DNA from: a virus
Lineage: Duplodnaviria; Caudoviricetes
Virus record (IMG/VR): IMGVR_UViG_3300020043_003051
Span: 1-44,923 of that record
DNA: 44,923 nt
Reading direction: 5' to 3' (one strand)
The number at the start of each line of letters is the position of its first letter. Positions within the stretch are counted from its first letter, which is position 1. Below are positions 36,922 to 44,525 of the stretch, one piece after another. The translations under genes and the position numbers were made by a program. The notes under the pieces are model-generated. The model had not been told where the DNA came from. It worked only from the letters and a program-made list of their open reading frames with translations, and made no database searches.

Positions 36922-37250
36922 TGTGTAGCTCTGGTTTCCATTCTTGCTGAATACTGGTTGGTACGCCACACCTCAATCCTTGCTTGGGCAGCGGTCATCA
37001 ACCAACGATATTTCTCTTCTTTTTCTACTGCTGCCTTTATCCCATCCAGTACTTGGATGTACTCTTCATGGGCATAAGCAAAGGTTTCTTGTTTACCCAG
37101 AACTTCCGTTCCTGCCTGGCTCATCAGGTGAGCCTTCTTGGACTTGCGGAACTCCTCCAGAAACAGGCGGTCTGCTTTCGCTTGGGCGTACAAGGGTGCG
37201 GTATCTATCAAATACTGAATTGCTTTGTCGGGGCTTGTCTGGCTCTCCAT
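36918..37250 (-). CDS. Conserved helical hypothetical protein
   Basis: Homolog of 31936-32268. Confidence 0.85.
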   Translation of the reverse strand: MESQTSPDKAIQYLIDTAPLYAQAKADRLFLEEFRKSKKAHLMSQAGTEVLGKQETFAYAHEEYIQVLDGIKAAVEKEEKYRWLMTAAQARIEVWRTNQYSARMETRATQ

Positions 37251-37425
37251 GAATCAATCTCCAATGTTTTTCTGCTAAACGTCTAATCCCTTCGGACAAG
37301 GAACCATTCCCTGCCAAAGTCAAAGCTTGTTCGTGAACAGGAGCTACCCTTGCTCGGATAGTCCTGCCCTCTTCGCTGATCTTTTTTCGACCAGCACCTT
37401 TTCTGGAGCCGCCACGTTGTTTCAT
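37093..37425 (-). CDS. Putative DNA-binding protein
   Basis: Homolog of 31761-32081. Confidence 0.7.
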   Translation of the reverse strand: MKQRGGSRKGAGRKKISEEGRTIRARVAPVHEQALTLAGNGSLSEGIRRLAEKHWRLIHGEPDKPRQSNSVFDRYRTLVRPSESRPPVSGGVPQVQEGSPDEPGRNGSSG

Positions 37426-37447
37426 GGCTTGAATTATAGCTACAGAA

Positions 37448-37906
37448 TCAAACTATCTCTACTACTTCATTTCCATGAGACTTGATGTAGTTCTGGGTTT
37501 TGACAATGTATTTCTCAAATTCAGACCTTGGGATACTGGATTGCTGTAAATCAGCAAACTCAATTAAGTCCCTGATGGCTTGAATGCCAACACCATCTAA
37601 CCCCATCTTCATGGTTTCTTGATAGCGCATGGCAGCCTTATGTAGGCTTTCTTGGGCTTTCTCACAGATAGGTAACACCTCTGGACCAATGCCGCCTTTC
37701 CCCATCATCTCAGCCAGGTTCATAACATCAACCAAGGTTCTCCAGTCTTGGATGGTTCCTAAACCTTTTGTGATAGCGTCTAGAGCTGCATACTCAAGAA
37801 GTCTGAGTTTGTCCAACCTCTCCCTGTGGGTTATTGATGCCCCCACTATTGCGTGTTGGATCGGATCGATCAGGTTCCAGATCTTGCGTTTTGTTCTTTT
37901 TCTCAT
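37448..37906 (-). CDS. Conserved hypothetical protein
   Basis: Homolog of 30559-31017; start MRKRTK. Confidence 0.85.
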   Translation of the reverse strand: MRKRTKRKIWNLIDPIQHAIVGASITHRERLDKLRLLEYAALDAITKGLGTIQDWRTLVDVMNLAEMMGKGGIGPEVLPICEKAQESLHKAAMRYQETMKMGLDGVGIQAIRDLIEFADLQQSSIPRSEFEKYIVKTQNYIKSHGNEVVEIV

Positions 37907-37991
37907 TGTCTCTACCAAAAATAGCATCCCACCGATTAGAGTATTCTTCATTGCTTACCTTGAATGGTCTTGGTGCGCTTCCTTTACCCAC
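37794..37991 (-). CDS. Hypothetical protein overlapping next gene
   Basis: GGAGG RBS plus GTG; homolog of 30474-30671. Confidence 0.65.
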   Translation of the reverse strand: MGKGSAPRPFKVSNEEYSNRWDAIFGRDNEKKNKTQDLEPDRSDPTRNSGGINNPQGEVGQTQTS

Positions 37992-38178
37992 GTTTACCTC
38001 CATCTATTCGGTTTTGCTTGAGGTGTACTCCTGTGATTTTCTTTAACCAACAGGACTGGCACATCCACTTTTGACCATTTTCAATGCCACCCTCTGGTGG
38101 TTTTTCTGTATCGCACTTATTGCAAAGCTTGAATCTATGGGTTGAAAAAGTCGCACCCATATCAATTTGTGGCATCAT
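37984..38178 (-). CDS. Zn-finger protein
   Basis: Homolog of 29075-29266. Confidence 0.8.
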   Translation of the reverse strand: MMPQIDMGATFSTHRFKLCNKCDTEKPPEGGIENGQKWMCQSCWLKKITGVHLKQNRIDGGKRG

Positions 38179-38183
38179 CGTTT

Positions 38184-39071
38184 TTATTCCTTAATACCGT
38201 GCGCGGCTAATCGATTAAGAATGAAACGAATGCACTCAGCCGAAAGTTGTTGCTCAGTAGTGCTTTCATCACCAAATGTTTCGATGTGTTTTGCCATATC
38301 CAATAGCGTTTGATGCGCTTCCTCATCCGTCAGCGGCTTGCGCTGTGGTGGGGTTGTTGGAATAGGCATCCAATGCGTTATCTTTGTTCCAAATATTTTT
38401 GGTAAAAATCTTTCATAGTCATCATTCCTTAAATTGAATGGGTTTTTTAGATTGCACGATGCGCTATACCAAGCAATCTCAGGATGCTCAGAGGCTCCGT
38501 CTGTTGGTATTGCAACGCCTGCTCCAAGACCTTCGCCAACAACTGCGTGTGCAGTAATAGGGTAATCAGGGCGGTCTGAATGGAGAATAAGAACAGTGTC
38601 CGTTAGGCTTGATTTGTACGAAACGCCACGCACCGCTTTTGGCAATTCATCCTTAACAGAAATCCACGCCACAGGCTCATCCTTCGCTTCTTGCTGTAGT
38701 GGGGTAACCCAATTCTCATTTATCCAGTCTTGAACTTCTCTGCCAGACCACATCTTGCGTAGCATCGTCGGGAATCGTGGTGGCTCATCCTTCGCTTCTA
38801 GTGCGGCTGATGTGCGCTTTGACAGTTTGTGTTCAGTCCAGTCCCGAATCCATACACGTAAGAATTCGTGCTTTGAATCCCTTGTTAAACAGCGTTCAAG
38901 GTTATTGACTATTTGTTGTAACTGGTCAAAGTTTGGAACTGTTTGAACAGACTCATCCATCATGTTTCGCAATTCTTTGGTCTTTGCTTTTTGCTCAGCA
39001 ATGTATTCAGGCTTTGATAATACCGATGCTCCCCATACCACAGGCTCATCCTTCTCTTCATCTTTAGTCAT
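38184..39071 (-). CDS. Mosaic protein with three E.KDEP linkers and a DUF551-like domain
   Basis: WISVKDELP ... ITHWMPIP; repeated linkers. Confidence 0.75.
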   Translation of the reverse strand: MTKDEEKDEPVVWGASVLSKPEYIAEQKAKTKELRNMMDESVQTVPNFDQLQQIVNNLERCLTRDSKHEFLRVWIRDWTEHKLSKRTSAALEAKDEPPRFPTMLRKMWSGREVQDWINENWVTPLQQEAKDEPVAWISVKDELPKAVRGVSYKSSLTDTVLILHSDRPDYPITAHAVVGEGLGAGVAIPTDGASEHPEIAWYSASCNLKNPFNLRNDDYERFLPKIFGTKITHWMPIPTTPPQRKPLTDEEAHQTLLDMAKHIETFGDESTTEQQLSAECIRFILNRLAAHGIKE

Positions 39072-39304
39072 GTCATTCCTAATTTCTTTAAAGCAGCCTG
39101 TAAACCTGCCAATCCACCTACTCTTTGGTCCCCAATGAATATCTGTGGCATCTGACGAGCTTCTGGATAGTTCGCTACAAAGTTGGCAAACCTATCGCCA
39201 GTCTCAATATCAATCTCTTTGTACTCAATATTCAAAGTCTGAAGTAGATTCTTAGCTGTCACACAACTAGGACATCCAGACTTTGTGTAGATTGTGATGT
39301 TCAT
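39068..39304 (-). CDS. Glutaredoxin
   Basis: IYTKSGCPSC, MPQIFI, VGG. Confidence 0.92.
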   Translation of the reverse strand: MNITIYTKSGCPSCVTAKNLLQTLNIEYKEIDIETGDRFANFVANYPEARQMPQIFIGDQRVGGLAGLQAALKKLGMT

Positions 39305-39540
39305 ACATCCTCCATCTTGTAGTTTAGTTTGTGATGTTGAAAGCGCATTGAAGCCTCGATATCGAGTTCAGCGTAAGCTTCTTCGGACATACATCCCACA
39401 ATGTCACGCCCTTCAAACCAAACTTCTTTGACAGATTCGTTATAGGTTGATTTGTCATCGTCTACTTCGTATTCATAAACGACTGTTACGACTTCGCTAC
39501 CCTGACCGATTGTTGTGTCAAATTCCCATGTACTTTCCAT
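39301..39540 (-). CDS. Acidic hypothetical protein
   Basis: Homolog of 28691-28930; AACAGGAG RBS. Confidence 0.8.
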   Translation of the reverse strand: MESTWEFDTTIGQGSEVVTVVYEYEVDDDKSTYNESVKEVWFEGRDIVGCMSEEAYAELDIEASMRFQHHKLNYKMEDV

Positions 39541-39605
39541 GATTCACTCCTGTTAAAAACTGTTAATTTACTCTTGTTAAACAAAAAAACCATTAGGGCT
39601 TACCC

Positions 39606-40448
39606 TTAGTCACCGCAAAAACAAGCTATTCCTTCTTCATTTTGATCAAACATATCTGTCTGAGCTAAAGCATATTTGTACATTTCTGCATAACTTGGGC
39701 GATCTTTGCGAAACTTTGCTCCATCACCATAGGTTTGGCTTGAGCTACTTGCAAGCTCTTCAGCCTTCATCCACCATAAAGCACGTTCTGGTTTTTCTTG
39801 AATTAAAGATTGGATCTGATGAGCTGGTTTTAAAAAACACAAATCACAATTCCCATGCATTGTTACGCCATTGTTGTTTGGCAGCTTTAAATCAAATGGT
39901 TGGTTTTTCCAAAAATTACCAATATCTTCTTTAGTAATTCCTGCCGCTACTAATGGCGTTCTGCTTCTATGGATCTTTGCTGCTCGTCTTTGTTCGTCTG
40001 CACGAATTCCAACCCAATCCATGTTTTCATTATGTTGCCAACCCAAAGACTTCAAATAATGGTGAATAACTCGAATCTTCATATTGATTGTGCAGAACCT
40101 GGCAACTGGATTCGGAAGATTGAATTTTCCATGTTGACTAATTGAGTCCATAAAAGGCTCTCCATTGCGGCTTGCCGTTTCGTATGTAACAACTTTAAAA
40201 CGCTCTTTTGGCACTTCATGGGCTTTGTACTCAAGCCAATTAATCTTTACATTCCAGTTTGTTTCGCAAGCATGGACAAACTCTAATGTTTCCTCGCATT
40301 CTTTTCCTGTATTGGCAAAACAGACAATTGCCTCTTCTGGTAGGCTCATCTGGTGAGCCTCTAGGATCTTATAGAGCATGAATGCCGATGTTCTTCCTCC
40401 TGAGAAGCTGATACAAGTCGGCTCAATAATCTCAAATGGGTTGCTCAT
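39606..40448 (-). CDS. PAPS-reductase-like PP-loop protein
   Basis: ISFSGGRTS PP-loop, FANTGKE, RFCT..MK, GIRADE, GNCDLCFLK, terminal CFCGD. Confidence 0.85.
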   Translation of the reverse strand: MSNPFEIIEPTCISFSGGRTSAFMLYKILEAHQMSLPEEAIVCFANTGKECEETLEFVHACETNWNVKINWLEYKAHEVPKERFKVVTYETASRNGEPFMDSISQHGKFNLPNPVARFCTINMKIRVIHHYLKSLGWQHNENMDWVGIRADEQRRAAKIHRSRTPLVAAGITKEDIGNFWKNQPFDLKLPNNNGVTMHGNCDLCFLKPAHQIQSLIQEKPERALWWMKAEELASSSSQTYGDGAKFRKDRPSYAEMYKYALAQTDMFDQNEEGIACFCGD

Positions 40449-40873
40449 TCCAAATCCTCTTTAACCATAATCTCTACTGCAGGGGTTTCTGCAAATACTT
40501 TTGTGATGTGCAAGTTAACTACTTGTTTGTCATCCAGATAAACGATTCCATTCATTGCATCCAAAAAGCACTTGGCTATGTTGTCAATGTCTGGTTTCTT
40601 AGTTGGCTTGAGTATTCCTTCCAAGGCATACTTTTTCATCTGCTTTGTGTAGGAGACTGGTATTCCAACTCTGATATAGATTGCTACTGTTACTGGTGTC
40701 TCCAAAGGTTCTGATGAACCCATTGCAGCTTTTGCCATTAACCTGATTTCATCTTCGTAGGTCTTTGTCTTTTGTGGAGTGTAGGTAGACACAAAGTTGC
40801 CTCGTTTAGCAAACCTGGGCCGTCCTTTACCTACTGGCTCCCCATAGACTGTGAACATTGTTATGAAGGTCAT
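40445..40873 (-). CDS. rusA: RusA-family Holliday junction resolvase
   Basis: Homolog of 28191-28619; KKPDIDNIAK. Confidence 0.9.
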   Translation of the reverse strand: MTFITMFTVYGEPVGKGRPRFAKRGNFVSTYTPQKTKTYEDEIRLMAKAAMGSSEPLETPVTVAIYIRVGIPVSYTKQMKKYALEGILKPTKKPDIDNIAKCFLDAMNGIVYLDDKQVVNLHITKVFAETPAVEIMVKEDLE

Positions 40874-41778
40874 TTCAGGAGTCCCCATGCTGTGGCGGCA
40901 CAGAGTGGTACTTGTCCATTGCCAATGGCTTTAAGTCTGTCCACCCTAGCGGGAATCCCATGAGCCACTCTACCCACGTTGGGTTCAGCTGACCACCATT
41001 TCCTGCTCCCATTAGTCGAGCCTCTTCGACTGTTGTGTTTTTGTTCAACAAATCCCAACTCCCACTCCCGCCACACATCCCCTTCGTTCTCGGTGTAGGC
41101 CAAGTTAGAACTGCTGTTGAAAGTGAGGTTTGAGTCCCTTTCTTGCCATCCCTGCGAATCTGTAAACCCTGCCTGGCCTCGCTGTGAACTGGTGTTGGCC
41201 ACATCTCCTCTCTCTTTCTCAATGCTTTCCTGCTGTTGCTCCCACCATCTAATCCTGTCGTATTGGGCGTGTGGAAGTAATCCACGCCATTTGGCACGAA
41301 TCCAGATTCTGTCCCTCTGATGGTTTGCTCCAACATCCGCTGCTCCCAGCACTCCCCATCTCGCATCAAACCCCATTGCGGCCAACTCTCCGAGAACAAC
41401 TCCATGTCCCCTAGTAGTGAGCATTGGTGAGTTTTCCACAAAGACGTATCTGGGTCGTACTTCGTGAATGACCCTCGCCATTTCTCGCCACATTCCTGAT
41501 CGCTCTCCTTCAATTCCAACTCCTTTTCCTGCGGCTGAGATGTCTTGGCATGGAAACCCGCCAGATACGACATCAACAATTCCTCTCCAAGGTCTTCCGT
41601 CAAAGGTTTGAACGTCATCCCAAATCGGGAAAGGCGGGAGAAGCCCATCATTTTGTCTTGCGCACAATACGCTAGCTGGGTATTGCTCCCATTCGACTGC
41701 ACAGACTGTTCTCCATCCAAGGAGGTGTCCTCCAAGTATTCCTCCACCAGCACCCGCGAATAAAGCCAACTCATTCAA
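40870..41778 (-). CDS. DNA (cytosine-5) methyltransferase, alpha-type chain
   Basis: Motif I FAGAGG, IV GGFPCQ, VI ENS, VIII QRDRIW, X RLKAIGNG; motif IX absent; TTG start. Confidence 0.92.
   Translation of the reverse strand: MNELALFAGAGGGILGGHLLGWRTVCAVEWEQYPASVLCARQNDGLLPPFPIWDDVQTFDGRPWRGIVDVVSGGFPCQDISAAGKGVGIEGERSGMWREMARVIHEVRPRYVFVENSPMLTTRGHGVVLGELAAMGFDARWGVLGAADVGANHQRDRIWIRAKWRGLLPHAQYDRIRWWEQQQESIEKERGDVANTSSQRGQAGFTDSQGWQERDSNLTFNSSSNLAYTENEGDVWREWELGFVEQKHNSRRGSTNGSRKWWSAEPNVGRVAHGIPARVDRLKAIGNGQVPLCAATAWGLLK
40875..41774 (-). CDS. Nested alternative-frame ORF, putative MTase beta chain (motif IX, WPTP repeats)
   Basis: 299 codons without a stop; LNPTWVEWLMGFP; ATG overlaps the upstream gene's stop. 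Confidence 0.75.
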   Translation of the reverse strand: MSWLYSRVLVEEYLEDTSLDGEQSVQSNGSNTQLAYCAQDKMMGFSRLSRFGMTFKPLTEDLGEELLMSYLAGFHAKTSQPQEKELELKESDQECGEKWRGSFTKYDPDTSLWKTHQCSLLGDMELFSESWPQWGLMRDGECWEQRMLEQTIRGTESGFVPNGVDYFHTPNTTGLDGGSNSRKALRKREEMWPTPVHSEARQGLQIRRDGKKGTQTSLSTAVLTWPTPRTKGMCGGSGSWDLLNKNTTVEEARLMGAGNGGQLNPTWVEWLMGFPLGWTDLKPLAMDKYHSVPPQHGDS

Positions 41779-41983
41779 TTTGTCCTTCTTTCATTTGACG
41801 CATATAAAAACGGACTCGATCTCTTGCTCCAGTTCCATAGATTCTTTCGCAACGCTCAAGCCTGGCACGAACAAAGTCGTTATCTCTGGTTGTCTGCCAA
41901 GAGTGGAATATTTCCCTTGCTTCGGCTTTCTCCAGAACAACTCTGTCGCCCTCATTGGATATTGTTTTCCTGCTGTACGCCAT
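41771..41983 (-). CDS. Hypothetical protein (70 aa)
   Basis: Homolog of 27982-28194. Confidence 0.8.
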   Translation of the reverse strand: MAYSRKTISNEGDRVVLEKAEAREIFHSWQTTRDNDFVRARLERCERIYGTGARDRVRFYMRQMKEGQIE

Positions 41984-41989
41984 AGGGGT

Positions 41990-42097
41990 TTACTCTAGGT
42001 CGCCAGTAAGCTCTAAAGCTTTGTTTATCAGGTAAAGCGGAACATTCTTTCCATCCTTTACTTTGTCTAACAGGATCATGGCTTCAAAATAGTTCAT
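41990..42097 (-). CDS. 35-aa hypothetical protein, not in ORF track
   Basis: MNYFEAMILLDKVKDG...ALELTGDLE; homolog of 27888-28001. Confidence 0.75.
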   Translation of the reverse strand: MNYFEAMILLDKVKDGKNVPLYLINKALELTGDLE

Positions 42098-42534
42098 TTT
42101 CTTAATTCGGCTAATCTAGCTCTAATGTGTTCAGGCATTGGGGCGGCTTTTTTTCTGTCAGCCTCAATCTTTGCCAAAGCAGGATCAATTTGTACTTCAA
42201 TTTTGATCCCGAACGATTCAGGGATTTCTGCCCCATCCCATCTTTGTTGATTCAGATAAACCAAAGGTGCGGGAATAAAAGCGCCATCGTCTTTTCTCCA
42301 AGCATCTGTTGTTTTCATCCACTCAATGTGTTTGATGATCTGGTCTGCACAGGTATCGCAGTAAAACTTCTTCCACTTTACTAGACAAGCAGCCTTGCCA
42401 CCTTTTCTGAATGATTTGGGCCAAGTTGTCCAGAATCTTTCAAAGTTATCCATGCTATTTCCTTTAGACATAGGTTCTCCAAGGGTGGATAGAGGACTTT
42501 CTATCCGACCTTCTCCAAGCATTAAGGTATTCAT
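42094..42534 (-). CDS. Replication-initiator C-terminal-domain-like protein
   Basis: FERFW..WP ... FIPAP.VYLNQQRW; shares DPAL.KI.AD.KKAAPMP.HIR tail with 26965-27726; alternative start at 42453. Confidence 0.7.
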   Translation of the reverse strand: MNTLMLGEGRIESPLSTLGEPMSKGNSMDNFERFWTTWPKSFRKGGKAACLVKWKKFYCDTCADQIIKHIEWMKTTDAWRKDDGAFIPAPLVYLNQQRWDGAEIPESFGIKIEVQIDPALAKIEADRKKAAPMPEHIRARLAELRK

Positions 42535-42760
42535 TATTCACTCCTGTTAACTAAAATACAAAACGCCCCAAGTGCGCATGACGAGTTAATTCGCTTATAC
42601 ATTTGGCCTTGTTTCCACCGATGTACCAAATGCTTTACCAGTCGCTTAACTAACGCTGGTCGGCAAACAGGGGGTGTTTCCTGATGTCGGTGTTTTCTTC
42701 CAAGCCATCCATGCAGATGCACTACTTTCGTGTGGAGTACGGATGCATGTGAAAGACATG

Positions 42761-42834
42761 AAAAAAGCCACTTAGCTCTACCCTCGGTGGAAACCCAAGG
42801 GTAAAAACCAAGGGCGAGAGTAGAATTAAGTGGC
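42761..42834 (-). terminator. Long hairpin followed by U6 (leader terminator/attenuator candidate)
   Basis: GCCACTTA..TCTAC.CTC / GAG.GTAGA..TAAGTGGC-TTTTTT on minus strand. Confidence 0.6.
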
Positions 42835-42908
42835 CTGAATCTGTCGCTTCTCACGGCAACAATTTTATTGTACACAAATTTTGATTGTGTCAACAACTTT
42901 TTTAAAAA

Positions 42909-43838
42909 TTACGCGGCTTCTGCCATTTCTACCGCAAGTTCCAGAGCATTGATCTTCTTTTGACGATTCTGACCGTACCACGCGCTTTCCAGACGGGTTT
43001 CCTGCGACCGACCGAGAATGTGATCGATGCTGAACGTGACCGCGTTAAACGCTTGCCAGAAGGTTCCTTCGGCGTACTGTGCGCCCGGTTGAGTGTGAAG
43101 CACTTCAAAGGTACGGCGAGCCGGAAGAGACATTTCCTTATCCTTGGAAGCAGTCGGAAAAACTCGTGCCAGATATTCCTTGACGGTTTCTTCCTTCATC
43201 TTCTTCGAACCGAGAAATAGTGCCATTTCCTTGTATTGTTGCACCTTTTGTGCAGTCACGCCGAGAGCAACCTTGACGTTTTCCGCATCAAACTTGGTAC
43301 GGTGCGAGACCTTGACCATGTTGTCAACTTTCGTGCCAAGTGCCAGAGTCAGAGTGTTATTACACACGACACGGATAGGAGTTGCACGAACGTCGATTGC
43401 CTGACCAAACTTGTGCGGACAAGTGAACAGAAGAAAGGATTCGATCATGTCACCACCAAAGATGTCGAAACCGTCATTGATCTTTGCCAGTGCCCAAACA
43501 ATTTGACCGTTCTTCAGCGAACCCGCAGTGTGCATTTGCATGTCACCGGCAGACACGAAGTCATTGAAAAAATCAAACGCTTCGTCATTCTGAACGTGAT
43601 TCCACGAAGAGGGAACCGTGTCAAGGAGTTTGTCATCAGTATCGCGGAGAAGAGCATCATTCCCCGAATAAATTTGATTCTCACCAATCGTGTAAAAAGT
43701 CTTGACACGCTTGATATTCCAATCAACGCCTGCGGCTTCCTGCATCTGGCGGGGAGACAGATCGGCAGGAACCATCTTGCCAAGACCATGCCACGGAGTT
43801 TCACCAGCCCAAGCCATCGTTTCAATTTCGTGCGACAT
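42909..43838 (-). CDS. DUF932/DUF945 family protein
   Basis: ETPWHGLG, VQN.EAF.FF, TAGSL..G..VW, TPIRVVCNNTL, GT.W.AFNAVT...DH. Confidence 0.88.
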   Translation of the reverse strand: MSHEIETMAWAGETPWHGLGKMVPADLSPRQMQEAAGVDWNIKRVKTFYTIGENQIYSGNDALLRDTDDKLLDTVPSSWNHVQNDEAFDFFNDFVSAGDMQMHTAGSLKNGQIVWALAKINDGFDIFGGDMIESFLLFTCPHKFGQAIDVRATPIRVVCNNTLTLALGTKVDNMVKVSHRTKFDAENVKVALGVTAQKVQQYKEMALFLGSKKMKEETVKEYLARVFPTASKDKEMSLPARRTFEVLHTQPGAQYAEGTFWQAFNAVTFSIDHILGRSQETRLESAWYGQNRQKKINALELAVEMAEAA

Positions 43839-43882
43839 ATTTTATTTCCTTTTTGAGAAGAGTTCGTTAACCAACGAGAAGA

Positions 43883-43920
43883 ATTCTACTCCGCTCGCTG
43901 GTTGGAGTCAACAACTTTTT
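43883..43920 (-). promoter_or_regulatory. Strong sigma70 promoter
   Basis: A-tract, TTGACT-17 bp-TAGAAT. Confidence 0.85.
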
Positions 43921-43929
43921 TGAAAACTT

Positions 43930-44463
43930 TTACGCAGCACGACGGTAGATGACCGAACCACCGACACGAAGTTCGATGATCGAATCCACCGAGAAGGTAC
44001 GAACCTTCACTTCATTGTCAAGATTTTGCTTGACAGACTTGGAAGGAACAGGGATAAAGGGCTTCAGTTCGTCGTAAGACACCTTCTGACCATTCAGATC
44101 ATACTCGATTGCACCGACCTTGCCAAGTTCAATCGTCTTGATATATTTCTTGCCATTGTTTTCGACAACGATGTTGTTGGCACAAGTGCCCCATGCCAGT
44201 TCACCGGATTCGAAGTCACGATCCTTACACTCCACCGACCGCATGATGTTCACACGCTGTTCGTAGTCTTCATTCAGTGCAACCCGAACAACTTGAGTCT
44301 TCGTCGTGCCGATGTAAGTGTTGGCGATAGACTTGGTTTCAACGTCCTTCTTGTTCATCTTCACTTCCGTCTTCGTGACCAGAACAACATCGGTCACATT
44401 CTTGTCGAGAAGATTCACGAAACTGATGAGTTCATCGGTGGTGTTGAAGAGAGGCTTGTTCAC
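43930..44463 (-). CDS. Hypothetical protein (177 aa)
   Basis: AAGGA RBS, GTG start, biased codons. Confidence 0.8.
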   Translation of the reverse strand: MNKPLFNTTDELISFVNLLDKNVTDVVLVTKTEVKMNKKDVETKSIANTYIGTTKTQVVRVALNEDYEQRVNIMRSVECKDRDFESGELAWGTCANNIVVENNGKKYIKTIELGKVGAIEYDLNGQKVSYDELKPFIPVPSKSVKQNLDNEVKVRTFSVDSIIELRVGGSVIYRRAA

Positions 44464-44496
44464 TTTTCGTTTCCTTGGTTAGTTACGATATAAAGA

Positions 44497-44525
44497 ATTA
44501 TATACTTCACAAAAACAAATGTCAA
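44497..44525 (-). promoter_or_regulatory. Perfect sigma70 consensus promoter
   Basis: TTGACA-17 bp-TATAAT. Confidence 0.9.

Larger units (their letters stand above)
33216..42890 (-). mobile_element. Segment B: inverted right arm of a related phage
   Basis: Colinear homologs of 27888-33215 in reverse orientation, with different accessory genes. Confidence 0.85.

Noticed and set aside
27888-42097. Inverted homology as true terminal inverted repeats or an invertible segment
   Set aside because: Copies are diverged with different gene content, are internal to the window, and no invertase is present
42534-42896. 120-aa ORF upstream of the B rep-like gene
   Set aside because: Starts inside a promoter -35 element, crosses a terminator-like hairpin and has no recognisable motifs; not fully excluded
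43236-43856. 206-aa ORF on + strand
   Set aside because: Antisense shadow of the codon-biased DUF932 gene; no RBS or motifs
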